From a virus (Duplodnaviria > Heunggongvirae > Uroviricota > Caudoviricetes): a DNA stretch of 64,000 nt. Positions within the stretch are counted from its first letter, which is position 1, and every line of letters begins with the position of its first letter. The notes under the pieces were generated by a model. The model made no database searches. It saw nothing but the letters and a program-made list of their open reading frames with translations, and was not told the DNA's origin. The position numbers and the translations under genes were made by a program. This document shows, one piece after another, positions 17,307-27,410 of the stretch. Location: IMG/VR virus record IMGVR_UViG_3300031344_000001. One strand, given 5' to 3'.

Positions 17307-17849
17307 TCAGCGCCGCACGTCGAATGCGATCGTGATCCGCGGCAGGTCCCCCGGGTAGACCGGAAGACGGTGCCACATCTCACCCCCGAAGATCGCCAAC
17401 CGCCCCGGGTGCGGATCGACACCCAACTCTCCATCCGCGCACTCGAACACCGTCGGTGTGATCGACGCGGGGTCCCCGGGTGTCACGTAGTAGATCCCCG
17501 TGAGGCGCGCGATCCGGTGCTGGTGCCGCGGGTGGTGACTCCCCCCACGGTTCACCATCGCCCAGCCCACGAGCGACCGACTACCCATCACGGTGACCAT
17601 CTCCTGGCGAAGCTCCTGCACCGCCGAGTCGGGCCACAGGAAGAGATCCTCACCCGACTTCCATCCCCCAACGTTGATCGATCCAGTCCTCCGGCCGCGA
17701 TCGCGCTGCATTCGGTCGAGGATGACCCGCTCGAGCGCGACACAGAGCTCGGGACGCACTTCGTCGAACACGAGCGGCTGTGCCCTGCACTGCGCCGCGA
17801 GCTGCGCCGTAACGTTGACTGCGTCGCGACGCTGGAGAGCTTGATCCAT
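17307..17849 (-). CDS. putative 2OG-Fe(II) oxygenase
   Basis: WAMVN..G..H.RHQH, GIYYV, WH, RITIAFD. Confidence 0.8.
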   Translation of the reverse strand: MDQALQRRDAVNVTAQLAAQCRAQPLVFDEVRPELCVALERVILDRMQRDRGRRTGSINVGGWKSGEDLFLWPDSAVQELRQEMVTVMGSRSLVGWAMVNRGGSHHPRHQHRIARLTGIYYVTPGDPASITPTVFECADGELGVDPHPGRLAIFGGEMWHRLPVYPGDLPRITIAFDVRR

Positions 17850-17903
17850 AGACCGCATTATCGCGCGGCGCGCGGCGCACGGCTAGATCAAGCTCCGAGG
17901 TCG

Positions 17904-20900
17904 CTAGATCACGAAATCTTTGCGCAGCGCGCGACGGACAGCCTTCCAGTCGAAGACGCCCAGGCGCGCCGACCCGTCGTTGACGGCGTAGCTCGCGACG
18001 AGCGCGTCACCGACCTGGGCGAGCCCCGCGCAGAACTCGATGCCCAGTTGCTCGAAGTAGAACGGGTCCGTCATCGAGACGAGGCGGTGCTGGTCGTCGA
18101 GCATGACGAAGCGATGCAGGTAGATCCTGCCAGAGCCCCCCGGGAAGGCCACGTCGTGGACGACGAAGATCCAACCACCTTCGACACGCACTCCCTGCGA
18201 CCCACCGCGAAGCCTGCCGTGCTGCGCGAACAGCGACGGCTGCCAATCCGCCGGAGCCCCAACGGCGTAACGGCCATGCTCCATCGCGAACCATGCAAGA
18301 CGCTTCACGTCACGATCGTCTGCGTCGACCAGGTCGAGGACCGTCGTCGGGTGCGTAGCGTAGAGGAACTGCGCGACGTCGCCGTCAATGAGCGGCATCC
18401 AATTCTTTTGCGCGTGCACGCTCCACGGTCCACGCATGGGATCGACACGCGCGATCCGTCCATCATCGCCGATCTGAAGCAGCACGATCTCGCGGCGACC
18501 TTCCTCCGTGAAGTCGCAGACGGTCGCGGTCGCCCACCACGTCCCCCGCCACGCGAACAAGCGTGCGTCCTCGAAGCCGTGCACCGGGTATGCCGTGCGC
18601 GTCTCCCCCGTCGCGTCCACGATCTCGGTGGCGTGCGTCGTCTTCAAGTCTGCTCCCAGGTCGAGGAGAAAGTTACGCGTGCGTATGACCTGCCACCCCT
18701 TCCACGGTCCGTCCTCCTGCACGACGTCGCCGGGGGGCGTCACGTAGGCGCCATCCACGATTCGGTAATTCACGGTGCGCACGATGCAGCGCACCCGCTC
18801 GCCATCGGAGTAGATCGACGGATTGCTGGCGTTCCAACCAGGGTCCGGCGAGAACTCGATCGGACGAGCCGTGGCTCCGAACAACGACTCCGCACTCGGC
18901 GCGGAGAACGCACGGTTCGACCGGAGGCGTTCGTCGTCCGGACTCCAGCTCAGCGCGATGTCCGCCCAGTAGCGCGCATCGTCCTTGTGCCCTGCATAGA
19001 ACGACGAGATCGAAGCGCGGTCCGCCGCCTTCCAGGTGTAGACGTCTTCATCGAGGAAGAGGTCCGTCGGTGGCTTGGGAGTCTCCGCCGCGGCGACGGC
19101 GAAGATGCGCGCGATCGCGTGGACCCCCTTGTTGTACCAGTAGTCGGAGATCTCATAGAGGGGTTCGCCGCGCCGCGGGTCGTGTTGGTAAGCCTCCAGG
19201 AACGACTGCTGAACCTCAGCCCAAGGGCGCTCGAGCTTCGACTTCATCTTGCCGATGCGCAGCTTCGCCTCGAAGACCTCGTCGAAGTAACCACCCATCT
19301 CGGCACGGCGCTCGAAGAAAGCGAGCGCCTGCGCGTACTGCCCCAGGCACTCGTGCGTCTGCCCGAGGTAGAAGTACGGCCTCGGGTCACTGGGGTCCTC
19401 GACCCGGTCGCGGTTCAAGAGGTCGAGGTCCCGCGTCCACCGCGCGCGCCACTCCGCGTCGGATCGAGCACCGCGGTCGCGGTTCACGATCACGTCCGGG
19501 ATCATGCTACCCACGTTGGGGCCTACCGCGCACTCGTGCGTCCGCCACTTGTAGCGCCAGCCGGAACCCGTGCGCATCACCAGCGGGTGGTAGTAGTGCC
19601 CGGGGGAGATGCGCACACGATACGCGCAGGAAGGATCGCGTCGGTGCGCTTCGAGGAAGCTCCGAAGCGCCTCTCCTCCGGAGAGGACGTCCCCGTTGGG
19701 CATGATCGAGAACACCGTGCTCGTGCCGTGCAGCTCGAGCGCGCGGTTTCGACTCGTCGCGAAGTCAACGAACGGTTCCTCGTGGAGCGCTCCTGGAATG
19801 CCGTCGAGCTGCTCGCGGATCAGGCGCTGCGTCCCGTCGGTCGACCCCGTGTCGAGGATCGTCCAGGTGTCGATGTACGGTCGGTACGACGCGAGCACTG
19901 CCTCGATGCGCTTCGCCTCGTTCTTGACGATCATGACGAGGCCGAGCAACGGACGATCCTGCGAAGCGATCCGCGCCCAGCTCTCCGCGACGCCTCCCAT
20001 GACAGAAGAAAGCCCGCGCGCCTGAGCGTCCGCGCTGATCCACGTCCGATAAACGTCACCGGCCCGCAGCGCGTCATGATTCCGCACGATGTCCTCGTAG
20101 TCACCGTAGCTGTAAGCGTAGTTGCCAGGGCGCTGACCAACGACGTACGAGAGCAGCCCCTCGTCGAGAGGTGCAAGTCCCCTCGTGGTCGCGAGGTCGA
20201 CGGCGCCCCAGAAGTCACGGATCAGCCCACGCATGCTCGCGCAGGTGCCAACGATGAGCCCCCCCGCGAGGTGCCCGTAGACGCTGTGCCAGTAGCTAGG
20301 TGCGTCAACGTCGCGCTTGTCGAAGCAACGGAGCACGTGGACGTGCGCCCGGTCCGACGGGTCGGCGAAGACGTCGACGCCCTCTGGAGGGAGCTTGGCC
20401 ACGTGCGTGATCGCCAGATCAATCCAACCGACGTGACTGACACGCGTAACCTCGAGCGCCATCTCCAACATCGCGTACTTCGCCCACATGAGTTGGACGT
20501 AGGGCGCCGTCACCTTCGTCTTGCGCGCGTTGTGCTGGAGGGTGCCGCGCTCAGCAGCGCTGACTCGTGCAGCGCCGAGAAGCTTCTCGAACGGGATCGG
20601 CACGACCTTCGTTCGACGGTTGCCCCGCAACGCGAGCAACCGCTTCTCCAGCTCGGGCTCGGTGAAGATCACCATCTCGCGGTCGAGCCCGAGCACGTAG
20701 TCAGCGTTCGCGAACATCCAGTCGACGGACCGGTGCTCCGTGCTGCCGCGCTTGGCAAGGTCGTAGAGGCAGGTGACGAACGCGAGTTTCTTCATGGAAA
20801 GGACCCCTATGCGCCCACGGTACCTGCCTGCTCCGACCGCTCCGTAGACGCAGTCGGGCTCCAGATTCCTTGCGGCTTCGAGTTCTTGGCGCTTGTTCAT
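17904..20900 (-). CDS. multidomain glycosyltransferase: HtrL/YibB-like + GT2 + TPR + beta-propeller-like domain
   Basis: VTCLYDL/GWIDL; LVMIVKNE..DTGSTDGT..F.DFA.SRN; FYLGQT TPR; NPSI/EDARLF/QKNWMP/LRGGSQ/IEFCAGL. Confidence 0.82.
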   Translation of the reverse strand: MNKRQELEAARNLEPDCVYGAVGAGRYRGRIGVLSMKKLAFVTCLYDLAKRGSTEHRSVDWMFANADYVLGLDREMVIFTEPELEKRLLALRGNRRTKVVPIPFEKLLGAARVSAAERGTLQHNARKTKVTAPYVQLMWAKYAMLEMALEVTRVSHVGWIDLAITHVAKLPPEGVDVFADPSDRAHVHVLRCFDKRDVDAPSYWHSVYGHLAGGLIVGTCASMRGLIRDFWGAVDLATTRGLAPLDEGLLSYVVGQRPGNYAYSYGDYEDIVRNHDALRAGDVYRTWISADAQARGLSSVMGGVAESWARIASQDRPLLGLVMIVKNEAKRIEAVLASYRPYIDTWTILDTGSTDGTQRLIREQLDGIPGALHEEPFVDFATSRNRALELHGTSTVFSIMPNGDVLSGGEALRSFLEAHRRDPSCAYRVRISPGHYYHPLVMRTGSGWRYKWRTHECAVGPNVGSMIPDVIVNRDRGARSDAEWRARWTRDLDLLNRDRVEDPSDPRPYFYLGQTHECLGQYAQALAFFERRAEMGGYFDEVFEAKLRIGKMKSKLERPWAEVQQSFLEAYQHDPRRGEPLYEISDYWYNKGVHAIARIFAVAAAETPKPPTDLFLDEDVYTWKAADRASISSFYAGHKDDARYWADIALSWSPDDERLRSNRAFSAPSAESLFGATARPIEFSPDPGWNASNPSIYSDGERVRCIVRTVNYRIVDGAYVTPPGDVVQEDGPWKGWQVIRTRNFLLDLGADLKTTHATEIVDATGETRTAYPVHGFEDARLFAWRGTWWATATVCDFTEEGRREIVLLQIGDDGRIARVDPMRGPWSVHAQKNWMPLIDGDVAQFLYATHPTTVLDLVDADDRDVKRLAWFAMEHGRYAVGAPADWQPSLFAQHGRLRGGSQGVRVEGGWIFVVHDVAFPGGSGRIYLHRFVMLDDQHRLVSMTDPFYFEQLGIEFCAGLAQVGDALVASYAVNDGSARLGVFDWKAVRRALRKDFVI

Positions 20901-20912
20901 TCACACGCGCGT

Positions 20913-21530
20913 TTACGCGCCCCGCCTGGAGATCACGATCACGTCGGCCTTGGGCAGGCTCACCGTGAAGTACAGCGCGTCGACGACGACGCTCTCGAAC
21001 TCGGCCTTGCGGTCGACCAGGATGCGCTCCTGGTTCGGGTCCACGCGGTTGACGTCCTCGATCACGTAGAGCCCGTTGGGGCGCAGGCTCGGGTAGAAGT
21101 TGCGGAGCGTCTTGACCTGAAGCTCCGGGATGTGCGCGCCGTCGTCGATGATGATGTCGAAGCCGAACGTTCGGTCCAGGTAACCCCTCGCAGCCTCGGG
21201 GTCCGTCGAGTCACACAGCGCGGTGCGGATCCGAGGGTCGTCGACGATCATCGTGTCCGGCTGGACGTCGATGCCGTGGATGACGCCGCTCGCGAAGTAG
21301 TCGCGCCACGCGCGCAACGACGCGCCAGGTCGGTAGCCGGGGAGGTCGTGCCCGTACATCGAGCAGTAGGCTCCGGGGATCACCGTCCCGATGCCGATCT
21401 CGAGCAGGGACACGGACTGGTCGCGCAGGTGCTTGAACAGCGCGTGGTAGATCGGCGCGTAACCGTTCTGACTCTGCTTGTCGCTGGCGTGCCCGTTCAG
21501 GAGATCGTCGAGGTCGAGATTGCGCGTCAC
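20913..21530 (-). CDS. class I SAM methyltransferase (sugar O-methyltransferase-like)
   Basis: SDK...Y..Y, LLEIGI, GASLRAW..YF, FDIIIDDGAH, GLYVIED. Confidence 0.85.
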   Translation of the reverse strand: MTRNLDLDDLLNGHASDKQSQNGYAPIYHALFKHLRDQSVSLLEIGIGTVIPGAYCSMYGHDLPGYRPGASLRAWRDYFASGVIHGIDVQPDTMIVDDPRIRTALCDSTDPEAARGYLDRTFGFDIIIDDGAHIPELQVKTLRNFYPSLRPNGLYVIEDVNRVDPNQERILVDRKAEFESVVVDALYFTVSLPKADVIVISRRGA

Positions 21531-23101
21531 GCTTCCTCCCGCAATTGGTCCATAGCGACGGCACGCTTCTTCATGAGCGTGAAGAGGTCCTCGTCCGAGA
21601 GTCGGCAAGCGCCGCTCTGGTGCGAACCCCAGAGGAGGTCGCACGCGCGCGCGCACACGCCCCAGTCCTTGGCCGCGAAGCTGTTCTGGATCACCTGCCT
21701 GAGCGGGCGCTCGGGACGTTGGTAGACGCGCGCGTAGTTCGTGATCATCTCCTGGTAGTCACCCAGGTACCAGTCGAACAGCTCCGGCGCCTCGAAGTAG
21801 ACAAGGTTGATCAGCTGCTCGTCAGCGTGCCCGTAACCGCTCTGGAGGCACGTCACGAACTGCTCCTCGACGCGATCGCAGACGGCGTGCATGTGCACGC
21901 CGTCTCCGGTGAAGAAGCCGCTGCACATCGTGCAACGTCCCTGGCACCGTGGGCCGAAGTTGGCAGCGAAGTCCTGCGTCGTCTTCTTGTCGACGTAGTC
22001 GATGTAGCAGGTCGAGAACTTGTTTCGGTGCTGCCCGAGCGCCTCTTGCAGGTGCGCGAGGTTCGTGGCCCCCATCCGCTCGATGCAGACGTTGATCCAC
22101 GCAAAGTGCGTCGACGCGAAGACGTTCTCGGCGATCACCCGTTTCAGCATCGCGTAGCGCGCCATGCAGAACAGGTAGTAGCTCGCGGTGTTGCGTGCGT
22201 CGCTCGGGCACGCCCCACCGCCGCGGTTGACGATGATCCGATCGCGGTGGCGGGTGAGCGGGAAGTCGTCGAACGACTGCGTGATGACGCGCGTCCGCGC
22301 GTGGAGCCGCTCGGGGCGGAGCGCCCAGACCTTGGCCTCGTTCGCGGGCTCGCAGAACACCACGAGGTTCTGCTCGAGCGTCAGGGTCGACGCCCCGTGC
22401 TCGTCGAGGTAGTACGCGGAGGGGCGCGCTTGGATCGGGCCGGAGGCGTCGGGCTGCGTCGTCAGGTCGAAGTAACCCGTGACGAGCGTCCAGTTCGTCG
22501 TGTCAACGGCGCGGTAGACCCCCTCACACGTGACCTCGTCGCGGAACGAGACGAGCCCCGTGCCGGACCAGTGTCCCACGTGCGTGACGTCGAGCTTGTA
22601 CCGGTCCTCGATGCGGTACCACAGCCGATCGCGCATCGACTTGAAGTGCCAGATGTCGTCGAGGACGATCAGCCCCGCGTAGTCGTGCGCGCGCAGCCAA
22701 CTGACGAGGTCGTACTCGCGAGACCCCTCGTGTGGATCGATGTCGATGAGGATGAGCGCGCTGCCCAGGATCTCCTGCTTCCACGCTTCGCGCGTCACCA
22801 GGTCAAGGAGGTCCACCTGGTGGTACGCGATGTTCTGGCGCTTCCGCCGATGAGCCGGCACGTGGTCGACGACATCGAAGGAGAGCACACGGTTCGTCTC
22901 GTTGTACGAGAGCGCGTGCGCGGAGTCGCCGAGGTGCGTGCCGATGTCGAGGATCGTCCGGCCCTCAAACAACGTCGAGAGGTACGCCAGGAGCCGGTGA
23001 TGCTCGACGCCGGCCGGCCCGTAGAACCACTCCGAGTTGCCGACGTACGCCCGCAGCTTCTCCACGTCGACGGCGTGAAGACCAGCGTGGGTTAGCTCCA
23101 T
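21527..23101 (-). CDS. methyltransferase fused to HtrL/YibB-like domain
   Basis: ILDIGTHLG.SA, IDIDPH, LDDIW, GHWSGTG; TLVTGYFDL, STHFAWIN, GHADEQ. Confidence 0.78.
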   Translation of the reverse strand: MELTHAGLHAVDVEKLRAYVGNSEWFYGPAGVEHHRLLAYLSTLFEGRTILDIGTHLGDSAHALSYNETNRVLSFDVVDHVPAHRRKRQNIAYHQVDLLDLVTREAWKQEILGSALILIDIDPHEGSREYDLVSWLRAHDYAGLIVLDDIWHFKSMRDRLWYRIEDRYKLDVTHVGHWSGTGLVSFRDEVTCEGVYRAVDTTNWTLVTGYFDLTTQPDASGPIQARPSAYYLDEHGASTLTLEQNLVVFCEPANEAKVWALRPERLHARTRVITQSFDDFPLTRHRDRIIVNRGGGACPSDARNTASYYLFCMARYAMLKRVIAENVFASTHFAWINVCIERMGATNLAHLQEALGQHRNKFSTCYIDYVDKKTTQDFAANFGPRCQGRCTMCSGFFTGDGVHMHAVCDRVEEQFVTCLQSGYGHADEQLINLVYFEAPELFDWYLGDYQEMITNYARVYQRPERPLRQVIQNSFAAKDWGVCARACDLLWGSHQSGACRLSDEDLFTLMKKRAVAMDQLREEA

Positions 23102-23187
23102 GGGTTGACGAACTTCTTACGACGGCAGTGCAAGCGCGTGCAATGGTGAAACGTCAAGGAGCGCGCGGCGGATCCCTACGCACTGTT

Positions 23188-23748
23188 TTACTTCGTGAGA
23201 AACTTGAAGCCGCACTTCGGACAACCGTGCTCCTCGAAGTGAGCGAAATGGCTGACAAGCCGCAAATTATCGTCCCGGTTATCGTTCTTGATTCCATTGC
23301 GGTGGTTAACATCTTCAGCGGGATGTAGATAGCGCCCGAGGATCCTCTCCATCACGAGACGATGTTCGAGGACGTACGTTCCATCACCCTTACCGTTCCG
23401 ACGTGCGAAAGGATGATCTGGCGCCCACACGTGCACGTAACCATCACGCTTGTCTGTGTAGCGACCGCCCTTCCACCCTGGTGCTTTGCACCCCTTCTTA
23501 CCTAAAGCCGAGCGTGCATGGTTCGCGCTGATCTTCTTCCTAGTCTCTGTGGTGTCGTGCGTCTTCCACCACAACGCCCGAGCCTTCGCCATCTTCCGAC
23601 GGGTCTTTGAACTAGGCTTGTAGTTTCCCGCTGCACGCCCTGCGGCTTGTCCAGCTTTCAAAGCGGCTTGAAAGGCTGGATCGCGGCGCCGCTTGTTGAG
23701 GCTCTTACGCGCGGCCTCCTTCATCAGAAGAAGGCGTGCCTTTGACAT
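23188..23748 (-). CDS. HNH homing endonuclease
   Basis: ETRKKIS NUMOD-like motif; WKGG; YVLEHRLVME..LGR.L...E.V.H.NG.K.DN...NL. Confidence 0.88.
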   Translation of the reverse strand: MSKARLLLMKEAARKSLNKRRRDPAFQAALKAGQAAGRAAGNYKPSSKTRRKMAKARALWWKTHDTTETRKKISANHARSALGKKGCKAPGWKGGRYTDKRDGYVHVWAPDHPFARRNGKGDGTYVLEHRLVMERILGRYLHPAEDVNHRNGIKNDNRDDNLRLVSHFAHFEEHGCPKCGFKFLTK

Positions 23749-24797
23749 CACACCGCGACCTTCGATCCAATCGCCAGCCATCTGCGGTTCTCATCGCGCA
23801 GGTACCAGCGCACAACCTTCTCCAAGCTCTGCTCGATGTCGATCGGCTGCTGCCAGCCCATCGCACGAATCTTCGATGCGTCGAGTGCGTAACGGAGGTC
23901 GTGTCCGGGTCTGCTCTCGTGAAAATTTTGGAGCTTGTATATCAACGGCTTTCCAACGAAGCCGGCAATCATCTGAGCAAGATCAAGATTTGAGATCTCA
24001 CGCTCCCCCGCAACATGGATCTTGAGCGGCGGGACCGTGCCCTCAAGTGCCCGTGCCCCTGCACTACGATCCTGCTCAATCAAGAATGCTAACGCGCTCG
24101 CGTAGTTCCTGCAATGGATGTAGAAGCGTGTGCCGCTCCGCGTGCATGTCGGATCCGCGTGGATACTGACCTCTTCTCCAGCAAGCACACGGCGAATCAC
24201 AAGGGGCACAAACTTTTCAGCCCCCTGTCGCTCCCCGATCAAATTCATCGTGCTCACGATCGAAATCGGGAGCCTGTACGTGTTCGCGTACGCGAACGCG
24301 ACGCATTCACCCCCAGCCTTCGCTGCCGCGTACGGGTTTGCTGGCCGAAACGGATCCGTCTCGACGTTGCCAGGTGAGTCCCAACTCGCCGGACCGTAGA
24401 CCTCGTCCGTCGACACGAGGAATGCGCGGCGAAGTGACTTGAGCGATCGCATCCACATCAGGAGGTGGTGCGTGCCGACCACGTTCGACAGCAAGAACGG
24501 CAGCGGGTCCACGATCGAGTTGTCGACGTGCGTCTCGGCCGCGGCGTGGACGATGTAGTCGACCTCACCTACTTCGTGCGCGACACCCTCCGGGATCGGC
24601 TGCGCCAAGTCGCAACCGAGCACGCGCACGCGCTTGTCGTCGTACGCTTGGATGTCGCGGAGGCGATCGAAGCCCGCGGAGGCGTAGGTCATCTTGTCGA
24701 GCACGACGATCTCGGCGTCCGTCGTCTTGAGCAGGCTCTCGACGACGTGGTGCCCGAGAAAGCCAAGGCCCCCCGTGACGAGGATCCTCATGGACAC
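23748..24797 (-). CDS. rmlB: dTDP-glucose 4,6-dehydratase
   Basis: GGLGFLG, DKMTYA, HAAAETHVDNSI, VSTDEVYG, PYAAAK, RPGHDLRYALD. Confidence 0.9.
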   Translation of the reverse strand: MSMRILVTGGLGFLGHHVVESLLKTTDAEIVVLDKMTYASAGFDRLRDIQAYDDKRVRVLGCDLAQPIPEGVAHEVGEVDYIVHAAAETHVDNSIVDPLPFLLSNVVGTHHLLMWMRSLKSLRRAFLVSTDEVYGPASWDSPGNVETDPFRPANPYAAAKAGGECVAFAYANTYRLPISIVSTMNLIGERQGAEKFVPLVIRRVLAGEEVSIHADPTCTRSGTRFYIHCRNYASALAFLIEQDRSAGARALEGTVPPLKIHVAGEREISNLDLAQMIAGFVGKPLIYKLQNFHESRPGHDLRYALDASKIRAMGWQQPIDIEQSLEKVVRWYLRDENRRWLAIGSKVAV

Positions 24798-24947
24798 CTA
24801 GCCTCCGGCTTGGAGCGCCCGGAGGAGCAGCGCGCTGACGAGCCCGTTGACCGACCGGTGGTCCTTCTTGGCCGCGTCTCGCAGCGCGCTTCGCAGCTCG
24901 GACGGAATGCGCAGCGTGAGCATCACGGTCTTTTGCCGCTTTGCCAT
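24798..24947 (-). CDS. Arc-like ribbon-helix-helix regulator (49 aa; not in the ORF track)
   Basis: MAKRQKTVMLTLRIPSELRSALRDAAKKDHRSVNGLVSALL. Confidence 0.8.
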   Translation of the reverse strand: MAKRQKTVMLTLRIPSELRSALRDAAKKDHRSVNGLVSALLLRALQAGG

Positions 24948-24955
24948 TGCACTCG

Positions 24956-24985
24956 CTTATAGTGCCGGCGCGCGTGGAATGTCAA
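24956..24985 (-). promoter_or_regulatory. sigma70-type promoter for the Arc-rmlB-glycosylation operon
   Basis: TTGACA-18 nt-TATAAG, 8 nt before the ATG (near-leaderless). Confidence 0.7.
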
Positions 24986-25043
24986 CACTCCGGACGCTTG
25001 ACCGAGAGGGGCGCGTGGTACCGCAAGAACGTCACTCGACGCT

Positions 25044-25742
25044 TCACGCACGCGCCGCGAACAAGAGTCCCGCGCCGATCGTCGGATCCCAGGCCGGTCG
25101 CGGCTTGGGTCCGCCGCCTTCTACGAAGACCGAGAACCCCAAAGGCTCGAGGAGGCGGCGGAAATGATCTCCGTCGTAGAAGTGCCACTCCATCGCAATG
25201 ACGCTCACGAGGTCGACCCACGCTCTGCTCTCGAAGATCTCGTACTCCGCGCCCTCGCAGTCCATCTTGACGCAAATCGGCAACTCTCCCCACCGCTCCC
25301 TCGCGATCCTGATCTGGTCTGCGATCGACGCGCACTCGACCTCCTCCACGGTACCCACGCAACCATGCCCCTTCGCCGCGGCCTCGAACATGCTACCCGC
25401 AGGGTGGTCAGGACGGTGCGTGAACGCTCGCCGCCCTGGGGCCCCGACGGCCAGCGGCGACACGACCATGTCGTCCTCCGTAAGCCCGTTCAACCGGCAG
25501 TTCTGCTCGAGGATCGCTCGATTCTTGGAGGACGGCTCAAAGGCGATCACGCGGCTACGCTTCTCCACCGCGCAGCGAATCGCGAACTCGCCGTAGCAGG
25601 CGCCGATGTCGAGCACGATCGTCCCGACGGGGATCCGGTCGAAATTGTAGCAATCCTCCTCGAAGATCTCGGCTGCCAAGGCGGCAGCGTGCGGAACGTC
25701 GAGGAGCTTGATCGCGCCGTACGTGAGGAGGGCTGGCTGCAT
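25044..25742 (-). CDS. FkbM-family methyltransferase
   Basis: VLDIGACYGEF, AFEP, KMDCEGAEYEI, MEWH. Confidence 0.88.
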   Translation of the reverse strand: MQPALLTYGAIKLLDVPHAAALAAEIFEEDCYNFDRIPVGTIVLDIGACYGEFAIRCAVEKRSRVIAFEPSSKNRAILEQNCRLNGLTEDDMVVSPLAVGAPGRRAFTHRPDHPAGSMFEAAAKGHGCVGTVEEVECASIADQIRIARERWGELPICVKMDCEGAEYEIFESRAWVDLVSVIAMEWHFYDGDHFRRLLEPLGFSVFVEGGGPKPRPAWDPTIGAGLLFAARA

Positions 25743-25755
25743 GCGGGTCCGCAGG

Positions 25756-26373
25756 CTACGACAACTTCTTCAGCGACAGCGTCACGTTCGCGCACGCCTC
25801 GCCGCCTGGCGCCGTGGCCGCCGTCTCGACCTTCTCGGTACCCGCCCCCGTTCGGTTGAGCAACGTGACCGCTGTACCAGCACCGATGCTGAGGATGCCT
25901 TGCCCACGGACCACCATCAGGTCGTTCGCGGTTGTCGCCGTCCCCTGGTGGTTGCTCTGAAACTCGTGCGCGGGACCCTGGGACACGCCGTCGAGGGCAA
26001 GCGCGAACTCGAGCGCGCGCGTCGTGGGGGAGTCTTGGTTGTGCGCGGCAACGTAGAAGTTGTACTCGTAGTCACCGTCCGACGAGACGACGAACGACGT
26101 GCCGCCCGGAGCGGGCACCGTGATGCCAACGTTCGGGAACGGCGTGCCGCCCAAGTTGAAGACCGCGGCAGCATGCGCCGTGATGGTCTGCGCGTCGTCC
26201 GCGACAGCGAAGCCGTAGGCCGTCGCACCAGCAGGACCCGCCGGACCTGTGGGCCCCGCGGGGCCTGCGGGGCCCGTGGGGCCCGCGGATCCGCTCGGTC
26301 CTTGCGGGCCGCGACGACCACTCCCCCCGCGGTCACCGTCCTCGCCGCCAGCGATCTTCTTGATGTCCGCCAT
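25756..26373 (-). CDS. short collagen-like protein with BclA/C1q-like C-terminal domain
   Basis: MADIKK start, GPT/GPA repeats, beta-rich GDYEYNFYV...ANVTLSLKKL. Confidence 0.75.
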   Translation of the reverse strand: MADIKKIAGGEDGDRGGSGRRGPQGPSGSAGPTGPAGPAGPTGPAGPAGATAYGFAVADDAQTITAHAAAVFNLGGTPFPNVGITVPAPGGTSFVVSSDGDYEYNFYVAAHNQDSPTTRALEFALALDGVSQGPAHEFQSNHQGTATTANDLMVVRGQGILSIGAGTAVTLLNRTGAGTEKVETAATAPGGEACANVTLSLKKLS

Positions 26374-26425
26374 GCGCCCCGTTCTACACCCCACCCGAGC
26401 ACCGGGCCTCTTTCTGACAGGATCC

Positions 26426-27373
26426 TCACTTGCTTGGCGTCGTGCTCTCCGCAGCGTTGGGAGCCCCCAGGTTGCGGATCGGCGTACCGTCGAACCAGTC
26501 ACGGTAGTCGCCCCTCGGGTCGGGAACAGGGAACGATCCTCCGCCTGCAAGCTGATCGCGGAGCGCTCGGAGGTCCGGCGTGAACTCGGAGCGCTTGCGC
26601 GAACGAAAGCGCGCGATCGCCGCGTGGGATTTGTCGTTGGGCGCCACGCCCTTATCGGCGCGGACGTACACGTTCTTGTGCGGGCTCGACCGCTCCAGCG
26701 CGACGAACAGCGACGGCATGAAGTCGATCCGATGCTTGTTGTTCTCGAGCATGAACCCGAAGATGTAGTCCTCGCCTGACAGCCCGTCGCAGCCCTCCTC
26801 GAAGCCGTTCGCCTCCAGGCACCAGTCGAGAGGGAGCGCCAGCGTGCATCCGTACAACCAACCGCCCCCGCAGTCACGCTTGCCCTCCGGGCTCCGCTGG
26901 ATGCGGTGGTCGCGCGTGATCTTGCCGTCCTCGCTCTTCTCGTAGGCGCCCACGATCACCGACTCACGCTTCCGCTCGCCGTGACGAACCACGTCGAGCC
27001 ACTGCGGACCGAGGTGACAACGATCGTCGAGGAAAGCGACGTAGTCCGTCTTGGCAAGGACGATCCCCGTGTTTCGCGCGTTCGAGTTCGCCCACCAGTC
27101 CACGGCCGTCACACGGTGGGGGCCCTGCCAGATGTTCGGCTTGGGGCGCGAGACGACCACGCTCTTGAAACCTCCGGACAGGATACCGAGTGCGCTCGCA
27201 GACCGGCCGAACGTGTCGACGACGACCAGGTGGACCTCGTCGTCGGGACGAACCTGTCGGCCGAGGTCCTCGACCATCCAGCCAATCTGCGGGTCCTGGC
27301 GTCCGGTGATGTAGACGATCGACAGTCTCACGAGCTTGCCAACATGCTCGCTCCGAGCCAGCGAGCGCGTCAA
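26426..27373 (-). CDS. glycosyltransferase family 2-like
   Basis: LSIVY, ARNTGI, YVAFLDD, NGFEE, GED. Confidence 0.82.
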   Translation of the reverse strand: MTRSLARSEHVGKLVRLSIVYITGRQDPQIGWMVEDLGRQVRPDDEVHLVVVDTFGRSASALGILSGGFKSVVVSRPKPNIWQGPHRVTAVDWWANSNARNTGIVLAKTDYVAFLDDRCHLGPQWLDVVRHGERKRESVIVGAYEKSEDGKITRDHRIQRSPEGKRDCGGGWLYGCTLALPLDWCLEANGFEEGCDGLSGEDYIFGFMLENNKHRIDFMPSLFVALERSSPHKNVYVRADKGVAPNDKSHAAIARFRSRKRSEFTPDLRALRDQLAGGGSFPVPDPRGDYRDWFDGTPIRNLGAPNAAESTTPSK

Positions 27374-27410
27374 GGGCGCGTACCCGCGTCAAAGCGGATC
27401 AGAGAAGACG

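Noticed and set aside
17244-21725. 1493-aa plus-strand ORF and similar long shadow ORFs (370-1266, 21545-23095, 34332-36731, 43214-45463)
   Set aside because: Antisense to well-supported genes; typical stop-poor frames in high-GC DNA
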